This document shows positions 50,000 to 64,000 of a stretch of DNA of 64,000 bases, one piece after another. The DNA is from Salpingoeca rosetta. Taxonomy: Eukaryota; Protista; Choanoflagellata. The DNA is taken from positions 1,074,241 through 1,138,240 of the forward strand of contig JAWQFM010000014.1 of the NCBI GenBank assembly GCA_033442325.1, read 5' to 3'. Numbering within the stretch: position 1 is the stretch's first letter; every line of letters begins with the position of its first letter. Below the pieces are notes generated by a model that saw only the letters and a program-made list of their open reading frames with translations, was not told the origin of the DNA and ran no database searches. The translations under genes were made by a program, and so were the position numbers.

Positions 50000-52309
50000 T
50001 CAATTCTTGTTGGCGTTCTGCTGCTGCTTCTCCTTCTCCTTGCGCTCCTTCATGCGTCGCTCCATGTCCTCGTGCCGCGCCTTGAGCTTGGCCTTCTCTT
50101 CCGGCGGCAGCAGGAACATGGGCACAATCTTCGAGCATATTCTCCACGGCGCAGATGGCGACACCACCCGCTTCTCAAGCACCTGCGCAGCAGCACGGCG
50201 GAGGGGTTGTGTGAGGTGCGTGTGGTCGTGTGTGCATGTCAGATGTATGTGAGATGCGTGTGCGTGTGAGGTGTGAGATGCGTGTGCGTGTGTGAGACGT
50301 GAGATGTGTGGTAGTTTGTGTGTGTTTGTGCAATTGTATGGTGCGTGTGTGAGGTGCGTGCTTGTGTGTTGATCTGGCATGCGCGAATGTGCATCTCAGC
50401 GTACCACGTAGTCGACGACGTCTCTCTCCTCGAGGGGGTGGCCAAGTGGGGCATATCGCTGTCAAGGGACCGTGGTGGGCACAGTGGGTGGGAGCACGGA
50501 TGGGGGGGGGGCAGCATTCACGTCAGCAAGCAGCAGTAAGACAGAGTTCAAACACCATTGGGAAGCAACACACAGACATAGAGACAGACACAGACGCACA
50601 GGCACGGCCACAGACGCAGACATACACACAGACACAACTACCAACAGCTACCAACCTGCTTCATGTGCAATCGGACGGTGACCTGGCCGTACAGGTTGTT
50701 CTTGTCCTCCACAGGAAACGTGAATGCGTTGACGACGCGCGGGCGCTCCACTTGCTCCACAAACTCCCACACGTGCGGCGTTTGCGCCTGCTTCTTCATC
50801 GCCTGGTGTGGTGTGAGACAAAACAGCGAAGAAAGGTAGGGTGGTGGTATGTTACGAGGCTGGACACGAGGTTTGCGGGTGTGTGTGTATTTTTGTGATT
50901 GTGTCGCATGTACTCCTTGCGAAATGTGCATCTCTCTCTCGCTCTGCACTCCTCGTTTCCCGTCGCACTGTCGCGCTGCGTCGTGCTGTTGAGTGGGATG
51001 TGGCATGCCAGGCCCCCCGCGCGCCCACCATGCATCTACGCTATCAACGGACCGAGAGGGCCTGGGCGGTCAGCTTGTCCTGCAGTCGCAGCGGCGAGTG
51101 CTGTCGGGATGCCCTACAGAGGCAAGATAAGGGGCAGGGAGGCAAGTGGGTGTTGGAGAGCAACGTGCAAGGCATGCATGAAAGTGAGAGGGAAGACAAG
51201 GGTGTTGTAATAATCTTGCTTGGAGCGTGGACGAGCATGAGCAGGGGGGGGGGGTGGTGGTGGTGATAACAAGAGCGATATGCGGAACGAAATGCGGACT
51301 GGCAGCGGTAAGTATTGGTGTTGCTGCTTGCACTTACTCTGAGAAGGCGGTTTGGACTTCAACCAGCATGTCCTGCAAGGAGATATGATGAGCGCAAGGT
51401 CACCACAGGCGTGTGAGCTGTCCACGACTCGCACATGGAAGACAAACAAGCAAGCAGGCACACTGAAGGACACGCAGGCACACACTTGTCATCTTCACGC
51501 CAACCCCCTCTCCCCAACACACACAAGCAAACACACACACACAAACACAAGCAAACACACACACACAAGCAAACACACAAACGCACACAAGCAAACACAA
51601 GCAAACACACACACACACATGCACACGCATCAACGTGCCTGCACTTGCTGTGCAAAAGGGACGGGCTTCCAGGACTTGTCGTAGCGGCGAATGACACCAA
51701 CGCTCAACGTGGAACGGAAGCGCTTCTTCACGTGCTCCCACCGCTGCTTCAAGCCCTGCAACGCAATCAGCGATGCACATGCGCATTCGGTCGGGTTGAG
51801 AAACACGGAAAAGGAAGGAAGCGGAGTCCTAAGAAGCGGGGAAGGTCGGGGGATACTCCAAACTCAGGGCAACTCGAGAAGCAGCAGGCAGCATGAAGCA
51901 CAGCAAAGTTGCATTGCCTGCCCAGGCATTGATTGTGCAATGAGTGGCGACGAACCTCGAGGGAGAAAATGGACGCCTTGTGGGAGGCAGGAATGGGAAC
52001 CCAGTGGTCCACAACGATACCCAACGAGTCAAGCTGCAAGTGCTGTGTCTCCTGGATCTCCTTATTCATGGCACTCGTCTTTGCGGCAGACTCGCGCTTC
52101 GGTGCCCGCGACATCACTGAGGTGATTGGGAGGTGAAGGAGTTGAGACAGCGGTGTGGGGGCAGTGGCAACAGGCAAAGCAGCGAAGCCTCAGGAGAGGG
52201 CAACGAAGGTGCGGGTACGGAGGAACGAAGGTGCGGGCACGGAGGAACGAAGGTGCGGGTACGGAGGAACGAAGGTGCGGGTACGGAGGAACGAAGGTGC
52301 GAACACAGT

Positions 52310-52380
<71 letters not shown>

Positions 52381-52515
52381 TACATACAACGCACTTTGCT
52401 TCATCATCTTCTTCTTGCGCTTCTGGTAGGACATGGCGCGCACTTGGGTGCGCAGCAGTGGCGCTTGCATCGTCACGCGGGACGACCGCCACATGGACAC
52501 CAACAGCATCGACAT
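50000..52515 (-). CDS. MRPL45: Mitochondrial ribosomal protein L45 (Tim44-like domain)
   Basis: Presequence-like MSMLLVSMWRSSRVTMQAPLLRTQVRAMS, then SIFSLE|GLKQRWEHVKKRFRS..IRRYDKSWK..F, HVWEFVEQVERPRVV..NLYGQVTVRLHMKQ|..RDVVDYV|VLEKRVVSPSAPWRICSKIVP. These match mL45 motifs as I recall them (WSFVESLE, NVYGQITVRMHTRQ, DVLEYVVFEK, WRMHTKIVP). Confidence 0.85.
52202..52301. repeat. 22-bp minisatellite (AACGAAGGTGCGGGTACGGAGG) x~4.5 in an MRPL45 intron
   Basis: Head-to-tail near-identical copies with no spacers. Confidence 0.9.
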
Positions 52516-52661
52516 GAGCGAGCTCGGTGTGGCTGGCTAGCAGAGGTTGGAGCACAGCAGCAGAGGAGCAGCACAGCAGCACGTTGTTGTTGGTTGTTGT
52601 GGGGCAAGAGTGGAAAGGCAATTTTGACTTTAGCGGGATTTTAATCGAAAGGCAAATTTGA

Positions 52662-53316
52662 CTACGACTCCAATCGCAGGCACTTGTGGTTTTGTGTGCG
52701 GAGGCGGAAGTTGACCAACCGCACCACGTCGCCCGGCTTTGAGGTGCACGAGCCAACAGTGGCCGGCTTCCCTTCCTTCTCAGCAAGCAGGCACAGCCCA
52801 GACTGCATCACCTGCACAGTGCAGCATTGGAAAGAAAGCCGAGGGAGGGGGGATATGTGTGTGTGTGTGAGGAGAAGGGCAGAAGGCAAAGAAGTTCAAA
52901 GAACTAAAACGCAGGTCAGAAAACACTGGAAGCGGGAACAGAGAACGAACAAGCAGCGCCTCTTACACCCACAGTCACACTCTGTCCCTCCCACGCAGGA
53001 ACTATTACCTTGACGGCCTTGGTGTTGGGGGCGAGGTCAAACTTCTGGCCAACACTGGGGGCATTTGGATGCTTTGTTAAGCGGATCACGCCATTCTTCG
53101 GCTCAAGCACAAAGTCCTTGGATGTCTGCGGTCGGATGGCACCCACAGCACCGCGCATCCACATGGCCAGCGCCCCATCGCTGACACGTGTTGGTGTTGG
53201 TTTGTGTGTGTGTGTGTGTGTGTGTGGAGGGGGAAAGAGGACGAAGGTGTGAGCAAGAAGGCGAGTAAACGTGTGTATGTCCAGACACGAAGGCGAACCG
53301 ACAGGCAGCCGTACAG

Positions 53317-53384
<68 letters not shown>

Positions 53385-53785
53385 AAGTACACAGACAGAC
53401 AGATACACAAAGACACAGACACAGACACACACACACACACACACATACACATACCATGATCCGACGATGACGTTTGTGTTTTCTGTGACGGCAAAGTCAA
53501 AGGGGACGTCGAGGCGGTCTGCAATCGGGTTGGAACCGCCCCACATGGTCGTGCGGGAGTGGTGGAAGTGGTAGAACCCATATACCTTGAGCCGCTCGCA
53601 CTCAAAGCCCTTGGCATCAAACCTTGCACAGTGCACGCATCGGCAACATGAGAAGGTGATGATGGCGGTAGAAGGGGGGGGGGGAGGAGCAGGGCAAAAG
53701 TGGGCGATCCAACAACATAATCTCGCAGCCCGACTCAACACGCGACAATGCGCTCACACACACGTGTGTGTGTGTATGTGTGTGT

Positions 53786-53854
<69 letters not shown>

Positions 53855-54009
53855 GCACCTATCGAGCATGTCCCAGTCCTCGCCGCCCCACTGGTACTTG
53901 TACTTCTGCACATTCATCCCGCCAATCGCGTCAAAGTCTTTCTTGTACATCGCAAAGAGCCCGTACCCAAGCATCTCCCAAAACCCCTGCAGATGCATGT
54001 GTTTGTGTA

Positions 54010-54052
<43 letters not shown>

Positions 54053-54117
54053 TTTAGAGATGAGGCTTGGTTGAAAGTTGGGCATGCAAGGCAAAGACAC
54101 AAAGACACGCACACACG

Positions 54118-54211
<94 letters not shown>

Positions 54212-54495
54212 GCCACTCTCAGGAAACATGCACACAATTAAACAACCAAGACGAACAGGCAGACACGGACACCTTTGGTTCGTTCTGAAAGTTGCCGCAG
54301 CCGAGACGAGCAACGACCGGGTTGTAGCCGGCCTTTCCCTGCAAACACACACACACAAATACATCACCATACATACATGGGCAGAGCCGTGCGTGCGTGA
54401 ATGTGTGCATTGGACCAAAGGAGCGATAAACAAACGCCGCATTTCCAGCCATCACGCGGCTGCTACAAATCACGACGACGACGACGACGACGACG

Positions 54496-54564
<69 letters not shown>

Positions 54565-54785
54565 GCAGCAGCAGCAGCGGACGTACGTAGACGCAGTGCT
54601 TGCGAATGTCCTCGATCAATATCGGGGGCATCTCGAGGTGAAGGTCGCACGTGAAGATAATGTCCTCATCACTGTCCACGGCATCGGCGCCCCGCTGCAC
54701 GCCGAGCGACCGGGAAAACGGACCGTCGAGCGACACCACCTGATACCTGGCAGGCGTTGGGTGGTGTTAGGCGTGGTGGCACGGT

Positions 54786-54859
<74 letters not shown>

Positions 54860-55130
54860 GTGTGTGAAGCGGTATGGCGGAAGCGGGAGGCACGTGTGTG
54901 AGGGAGAAAGGTCGGGGGTTGAGTGTGAGCACAAGTGTGTATGCGTGGTTGATGGTTGCACGCAGTGCAGCAGTGGCAGCCGCGTGAACACGGACCGTTT
55001 GAGCGGGCTGTTCTCCAGTGCAGCCTGGATGTCAATGTCATCGCTGGATACGAGGGAGGGTGTAGGTGTGAGCAGGCGTGGGGTGGGGTGGGGTGGGGAG
55101 AATGGGTGGACAGAGGAGGCAGAAGACGAG

Positions 55131-55212
<82 letters not shown>

Positions 55213-58039
55213 ACACACATACACACACACACAGACGATGTCGATAATGACAAGTCATGGCAGCACAAAGCGTGTCCGCATACCTGCCAAAGTCAACGAG
55301 GATGAGGTTGAAGCGCTCGTCCTTCGTCGTCTCGTACACATGTCCGAGGTTTTCAATGAGATGGCGCACCCACGCGCCCTGGTTCAGCACCTGCACACCG
55401 TGCGTTTGCGTGTATGCACGCACGTGTGGATGAACGAGTGTGTGCGTGTGTGAGTTCGTGTGTGCATGACGGTGACATCGCACATGCAGAAAAATTGAAA
55501 TGGAGAGTCAACCTCAGATGTTGCGCCGTCAAAAGGAAAGACACGTGACACACACACACACACACAAACAAACGAACGAACGAACAAACAAACAAACAAA
55601 CAAACAAACAAACAAACAAACAAACAAACAAACAAACAAACAAACAAAAGCAAAAACAAAAACAAAAACAAAAAAACAAACAAACAGTCAAGCAAGCGAG
55701 CCACCGCACCGGCACGATGATGTGGACCATGGCTTGCTTGCGCCACTGGAAGTTGTTTGCGTCGCAGAGTTCGCCGTTGCCCTTTGAGACAATGTAGCGA
55801 GACACGCGCAGCACCCGGCCGTCCCGCTCAACGTCGAGCTCGGCCAGCACGCTGACGGGAGGGGTGGTGGTGGTGGATGGAATGATGGGATGAATGGACG
55901 ATTGAGATGATGATAATGACGACAAGGATGATGATGATGATGTGCGTGTGATTGCGCGCGCGTGAGTTTGAGGTGTGTTCGTAAAGGCTGCGTGCATGTG
56001 ACGAGCATAACGAACACAAGAGCCGTCCCTCCACTACATCCACCAGCTACAGCGCCAACACCAACACCAACACCAACTGCAGCACCGACCGTGTTTGGCC
56101 CGCGTGCTCCTTGGACTCCATGTGGACAATTTTCTTCAGCGCCACTGCGCTCTTGCCGTCCTGCTGCCGCTTCGCATTGATCTTCTGCACATACGCCTGG
56201 CGGCCATGGACGCGCGCGCGTGTGTGTGTGCATGGAAAGACGAGATGTGTGTGTGTGTGTGTGAAGCGTGTGGTTGACAGAGTGCATGCATGAGTGCGCG
56301 TAAAAGTGTTCGGGATGTCAAGCAATGCTCGTTCAGCGAATGCCACTCGCTGATACCCCACGACCGTCACCACCACGTGCATGCACCAGCTGACCCAGGC
56401 CTCACCTTTGCAATGCGCTCTGCAAAGGACTTCTGCATGCTCTTGTTTGGGCCGCGTGCCTGGTGGGACCCGAGCAGCGTCGTGTGGTCGTCCGGATACA
56501 CCGCACTGCACACAGACACAGACAGGCGGGCACACACATGCACACGGGTAGACAGACACAGGCAGGCGGGGAGCAGTGAGTGGCGGGATTGGATGACGAT
56601 GTGATGGCGCACGCACTGGGATTGCAGTTGTGTGTTCGCCAGGTTCCTCCCCCTCACACACAGACACACACACACACACACGCACGCACACACACACACA
56701 CACACACCTCATTTTGCAGACGTATGAGTTTGCGGCCTGGTACTGTGAGACGCGGTGTGGCCGGGCATATGACGGCGACCAGCTGCATGCAGGCAGCACG
56801 CTCTTCAGCTCCGCATCCGGGTAGTACATGGGGACTGTGAAGGACGGCAGGTGCTTGTCGGTGTACTGCTCTTGCGTAAACACCTGCTCCACCTCCCACT
56901 CGCCTTCCGACGCATCGCGGGAGAGGATGGAGCTGACGGTCGTGTCCTCATATGCGCTGAGGTGGTCGCCTTTGATGATGGTGAAGGGGCCGTCGTCACG
57001 CGACCACGCCACTTGCAGGTGCTCGCTGCCATCGCCGGCCTTGTGCAGGACGTCAAAGTAGTACTTCTTCCCCGCGTGCAGCTTGAGGGGTTTGGAAACG
57101 TGCGAAAAGTCGTTTGGCTCCGTGAACTTTTCTTCCCGCCCTTTGCACAGGCTCACAATCAGCTGCGCATTGGCTGTACATGAAGGAAAGGGGCGGGGGG
57201 ATGTTTGCGTGTGTGTGTGTGTGTGTGTGTGTGGATAGAGGGTTGGACGAGGTTGGACGAGGTTGGACGAGGTTGTGAGGACAGCCTCACAAGGCAACAG
57301 CAACGCACAAACATACATGCGCACATGTACACAGACATGCGCACATGTACACAGACAGGTACACGGGCAAATGCACACGCAGGCACGCACACGCAGGCAC
57401 GCATACACAGACACAGACAAAGACAGACAGACAGACAGACTCACGCACGCACACACAGACACAGACAAACACAGCCACACAGCCCCCTCCCCCCCCACAC
57501 ACACACACACACAGACGCACACAAGGTGGACACCAACCTGGAAAAGTGTCTGTGCTCATGTGCATTTCGGAGCAGCCGCGCGAGGAGAGGGCAAAGCGAT
57601 AGCTGCCATCGGATGGTGGGTGGATGAAGCCCAGCAGGCGTTGGGCGTAGTTCACCGTGTGGTAGCGGATCTGCAGGTCCTCAAGGAAGGAGACAAAGTG
57701 CGGCTTGCCCGGGAAGTGGGGGTGGTTCTTGAGGATCCTCAGGCTCTTGCCGCACATGTTCAGCCAATAGTGTGCGTTGACCTTGTTGCGCAGATCGCCT
57801 GCATTCGCCACGTCCTGCTTCTTCACCGCGTCCTCTGGTAGCTCTTGCTTCTCCGGTTCTGGCGTCACGGGCTCCATGGGGCTGTCTTCCCTCTCCGCAT
57901 CGTCATCGTCGGCGCCACCGGCATCTTTGCCACCCGCTGCGTCGCCACCACCACCACCACCAGCAGTGCTTGCGTTGGTGTTTGTCTGTTGTGCAGTGGT
58001 GGATCTCTTCTCAGGCACCTCTTCTTCTCTGTTTTCTTC

Positions 58040-58083
<44 letters not shown>

Positions 58084-58294
58084 GCTGCTGCTGTTCTGGT
58101 GGTGGCGTGGATGGGAAGGAAGGTGCCTGTGTGGGGAGATCGATGACATGGCCAGTGGTTGGGCAAGTGCACTTGGTGGACAGTGTTGATGTGGATGTCG
58201 TGGATGATCCCGGATACATGTACGAGATGGCGGACGACAGCACAAGGCCCACCACAATGCCCACCAAGAACGACAAGCGGCCCCGCTCTACCAT
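52662..58294 (-). CDS. B4GALNT3/4-like: B4GALNT3/4-like beta-1,4-N-acetylgalactosaminyltransferase (type II TM, PA14, GT-A catalytic domain) with an extra C-terminal ricin-B-like lectin region
   Basis: [23 protein letters not shown]14: [63 protein letters not shown]. Then [17 protein letters not shown] and the catalytic VHIIVPV|[87 protein letters not shown] further ~140 aa includes [26 protein letters not shown]. Confidence 0.88.
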
Positions 58295-58788
58295 GGTGAC
58301 CTAGGCGAGCCGAGCTACGGGCACTGACAAGTGGTGGAAGACGATGTGTGAGGCTTGGTGAGGGAAGGGGAAGGGTGCCAAGCGCCAGCCAGGAAGCAAG
58401 TGCTGTGCTGCTCGTTTGGTGCCTCTCCTTCTCCTTTCTACCGTTCAAACTAAAAATAAGCCAGCTGTCCTATCTCAAGGCCAACACACATCCTCCCACC
58501 TTTGCCTTTCCTTGTTCGTGCGTTTGTTGTCCTCCCTTCTTCCCTCCTCGCTGTCTCAGCGTCTCGGCTTGGTTGCTTGGTTGCCGTGCCTCCTTCTATT
58601 CCTGTTGTTGCGCTCTCTGCTCGTGTCGGCAGTGCTGGCTGGGAGACGCGTGTGTGGTGGTACACGGTAGGCGAGGAAGGAAGTTGCGTGGTTTTGTTTG
58701 TTTGCTGCATTTGGCTTGAGCGGGCTGTTTGTGCGCCACCTTCTGGGACGCTTTGTCTGCCCGATTGGATTGCATCAACTCATCCACG

Positions 58789-60791
<2,003 letters not shown>

Positions 60792-61025
60792 GATGTGTGC
60801 ACTGTGATGTTACTCTTTGTGGTCGTGTTCGTGTCCACAAGTGTGATGCAGGTGTTACGCGTCCATGTTATGTATGTGCAAGGATGTAAGGATGTGTGTA
60901 TGTGTATGTATGTGCATGGATATGTGTATGTGTGTGTATGTGTGAACCATAAGTTGGCTTGAATCCATATGGAACCCCTCCTTCCGTTTCTTCGTGCTTG
61001 GTGCGCGGTAACGTTCGCCCGCCCC

Positions 61026-61064
<39 letters not shown>

Positions 61065-61583
61065 TGTGTGTGTGTGTGTGTGTTGTGTGTGTGTGTGTGT
61101 TGTGTGATGAGGTAGGCGTGCGTGTTCGGTGATGAGGTAGGCGGTTGCGCTGAGCACTGCTCTATTGAATAACGAGAAGAAACAGCAGCAACCGAAGGAA
61201 GCAGGGCGGATAGAGACGGAGAAACATGGTGGGATGGGTGGCAGGTACACGATGCGATTGGTGGGTTGAGCCAAGCAGCAGCACTGCTGGCCCAACGCAC
61301 AGCAGCGCGCAGCAGCGTGTAANNNNNNNNNNNNNNNNNNNNNNNNNNNNNNNNNNNNNNNNNNNNNNNNNNNNNNNNNNNNNNNNNNNNNNNNNNNNNN
61401 NNNNNNNNNNNNNNNNNNNNNNNNNNNNNNNNNNNNNNNNNNNNNNNNNNNNNNNNNNNNNNNNNNNNNNNNNNNNNNNNNNNNNNNNNNNNNNNNNNNN
61501 NNNNNNNNNNNNNNNNNNNNNNNNNNNNNNNNNNNNNNNNNNNNNNNNNNNNNNGATGAGCATCTTGTAGGCAGATAGAACGC

Positions 61584-61627
<44 letters not shown>

Positions 61628-62553
61628 TCAGCTTGAGCCATTGGCCATCTGTTGCTTGTGAAACGCTTCCAACTCCTCCATCGCCTCAGATGTCATCGGT
61701 GCATGCGCCTGAACGACAGCGAGGAAGATGAGTAGATCGAGCGTGGTGGATGGCAACGCCAAAGATCAGATGGACGGATGGAAGGAGTGATGCAAGGTTG
61801 CGCAGACAGACACACCCACACAGACAAACACGCACGGTGTCTCTCCCCTGCGTCATCACCACACCTCCTCTGCGACAACTGCGGCCTGCGGCCACGTGAC
61901 GGCGGCGTCGTTGCTCTGGGGATGCGATTCCAACTTCCACATGGTCAGCGTCTCAAGCTCATTCACAGGCGCCCACGTGCGCTCCTGTGCAGGTGCATGT
62001 GTGTGAGTGTGCGAGTGAGTGAGTGAGGTTGAGGACGCAGACAGAAGACAGAGGGTTCAACCGGCACAGAACGCCGTCCGCATGCGCAATACCTCAATGT
62101 CGCTCTGTGTTTGTGTCGTAGGCTGCAGATGGAGTGCTTTCATGCCCTTGGGTGGCTGAACCTGACACCCCTTGATGCTGCGTCCACGAAAGGTTGTGCT
62201 GAACAAATCACCTGAGCACGCACACGTGCAAGCGAGATCCGTCGTGAACAGAGACACAACGGTGAAGGGGATGGATGGTGAAGCGAAAGGCAAACGGGCT
62301 CCACCCGCATGTAAACGTATCTGAAGGCACCAGCACACGCACAAGCCGACGACAAAGGTGGCAAAGGAGGCGGGAGACACGATTCGCGTGCATCTCACAC
62401 ACCTTGGTCACCGTCAGGTTGCGGGTCCTGCTGCACAAGTGGTTCAAAGTACTTCTTGGCGTTGGCTTTGCCAGTCTGCGGTTGCCAGCGCTGGTATGAG
62501 AGGCGAAAGAAGAGTGTGGGGGGAGACGCATGCAAGTGCGCGTGTGCACAAAC

Positions 62554-62588
<35 letters not shown>

Positions 62589-63286
62589 NNNNNNNNNNNN
62601 NNNNNNNNNNNNNNNNNNNNNNNNNNNNNNNNNNNNNNNNNNNNNNNNNNNNNNNNNNNNNNNNNNNNNNNNNNNNNNNNNNNNNNNNNNNNNNNCAGCC
62701 TGGCTGGCAGGTTTTGGTGCTTCGCCCTCGCCAGTGATGCTTGTCTTCTCCCGTGCCTGGCTGCCTGGAACACTGAGCAGCAACGCAACACACACCACAA
62801 CAACAATCGTTTGGAGTGCGCCAAAAACAGCACAAGCGCACAGGTTTTCTGCTGACACACGCACGAAGTCTTGTTGACGTTTGGAGAGTGGTGTAGATTG
62901 GTGTCGTGTGATGTTGTGCTGCTGCTGTTGAGAGCGTGAGAGCCAACAGCAAGGGACAACAGCAAAGGACAACAGCAAGGAGTGGCTGTATTCTTCTCTT
63001 CCTTTCCCCGCCGTCCTCGTTCCTCTGCCGCAGGATGGCCCTGCTGCCGAGCAAATGGAGCAGCTTCAACCTGCCCACAAAGTAAGCATTCTTGTTTTGT
63101 GTGTGTGAGTGAGTGATTGAGTGAGTGAACGAGTGAGTGAGTGTCTGTGTGTGTGTCTGTGATTGAGTGAGTGATTGAGTGAGTGTCTGTGTGTGTGTGT
63201 CCGTGATTGATTGAGTGAGTGAGTGAGTGTCTGTGTGTGTGTGTGCTGTAGTTGCTGACCTTGAGCTTCGTTCGCATCTCGCTCAT
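61628..63286 (-). CDS. RNASEH2C: Ribonuclease H2 subunit C (part falls in N gap 62589-62695; 5' exons uncertain)
   Basis: TGKANAKKYFEPLV..|DLFSTTFRGRSIKGCQVQPPKGM..|ERTWAPVNELETLTMWKLESHPQSNDAAVTWPQAAVVAEE|AHAPMT matches RNASEH2C motifs as I recall them (G.A.V..FF.P, SFRGR.L.G..V..PPG, FTLWGLE..P..D..W..AAAIHA). Confidence 0.75.
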
Positions 63287-63327
63287 TCCACACCTCTGCT
63301 CATACGCCCACAAAACCACCACCCTGT

Positions 63328-64000
63328 ATGACGTGTAGCCGCCGGATATTGCTAGTGGTGTTCATCATACTCCTGCTCTTCTCCATTCACTGGCTCTACA
63401 CACCACGGACCGTCACCACGCACCAATGGCAAACAGGTACGTACACACGCTGTGCGCTGCTCGCGCGCGTGTATGTGTTGTGTATGTGTGTTGTGTGTGT
63501 GTGTGTGTGTGTTGTGGCATTGTAGGCGTTTGTGCGTTCACGCCATCACTGCTCTTGTTGTGGAGTTGAGCGAGATTCCACTCTCCGTCTCCGTCTCTGT
63601 CCCTGTCTCCGTCTCTCCATCTCTTCATGCACCAGCCCTCCCCTGTACATGCATGTGACGAATGCAGGGTCCATCGCGACAGACACAACGTGCATCGGTG
63701 CATACATACAAGAAGTGCAATCGCACGTAAGATGCACACATGTGTTGTGTGTGCAGCTGTGTGTGCAGCTGTGTGCGTACATTCAACGTTTGTCTCATCA
63801 TCTCATTGCTCAAACCTTGCGTGCACTGGTTGCAGGTTGACTATCGCCTCATCCCGTTGCAGGGCAGCGATTCCAAGGCAGCCGCATTGCCCGCTCTCAT
63901 CGGTACACACTCGCGCATGCACATTGAGGCCTTGGCACGACAGAACGACGCGTGTGCTTCACCTGCTTCGCTTGCTTCGCTTGCTTCGCCTTCGCTTGTG
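63328..64000 (+). CDS. 5' part of a type II membrane protein (Golgi enzyme-like topology), runs off the window
   Basis: MTCSRRILLVVFIILLLFSIHWLY (short basic tail plus TM), a donor after 63436 and a probable next exon at ~63837. Confidence 0.5.

Noticed and set aside
52202-52301. 22-bp repeats as a CRISPR array
   Set aside because: Copies are directly adjacent with no unique spacers, lie in a spliceosomal intron, and there are no cas genes.

Overview
Eukaryotic, very intron-dense genomic DNA. It has GT-AG introns packed with (TG)n/(CA)n microsatellites, (CAA)n poly-Q tracts and three N gaps; this style suggests a choanoflagellate such as Salpingoeca rosetta (inference). Most ORFs in the six-frame track are microsatellite artefacts, so I rebuilt genes by hand from exons and splice phases. 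In order: (1) 3' part of a coiled-coil/low-complexity protein; (2) a ~13.7 kb gene joining an ISWI-type SNF2 ATPase, with no recognisable HAND-SANT-SLIDE, to RCC1 repeats and a CxxC pair; (3) a secreted protein with tandem bacterial/phage tail-collar (MdpB-like) units plus a cadherin-like beta-sandwich; (4) an HMG-CoA synthase with only its first and last exons; (5) an intronless orphan ORF; (6) BLOC1S2; (7) eIF4G; (8) tRNA-Ile(AAT); (9) a NEK kinase; (10) a receptor tyrosine phosphatase with a WDD loop and a PH-like domain; (11) MRPL45; (12) a B4GALNT3/4-like glycosyltransferase with PA14 and an extra ricin-B-like C-terminus; (13) a Rab20-like GTPase; (14) RNASEH2C; (15) the start of a type II membrane protein. 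The best candidates for undescribed biology are the ISWI-RCC1 fusion, the intron-containing tail-collar protein and the lectin-extended B4GALNT3/4 homologue. All family assignments come from recognising motifs by eye; no database search was run.
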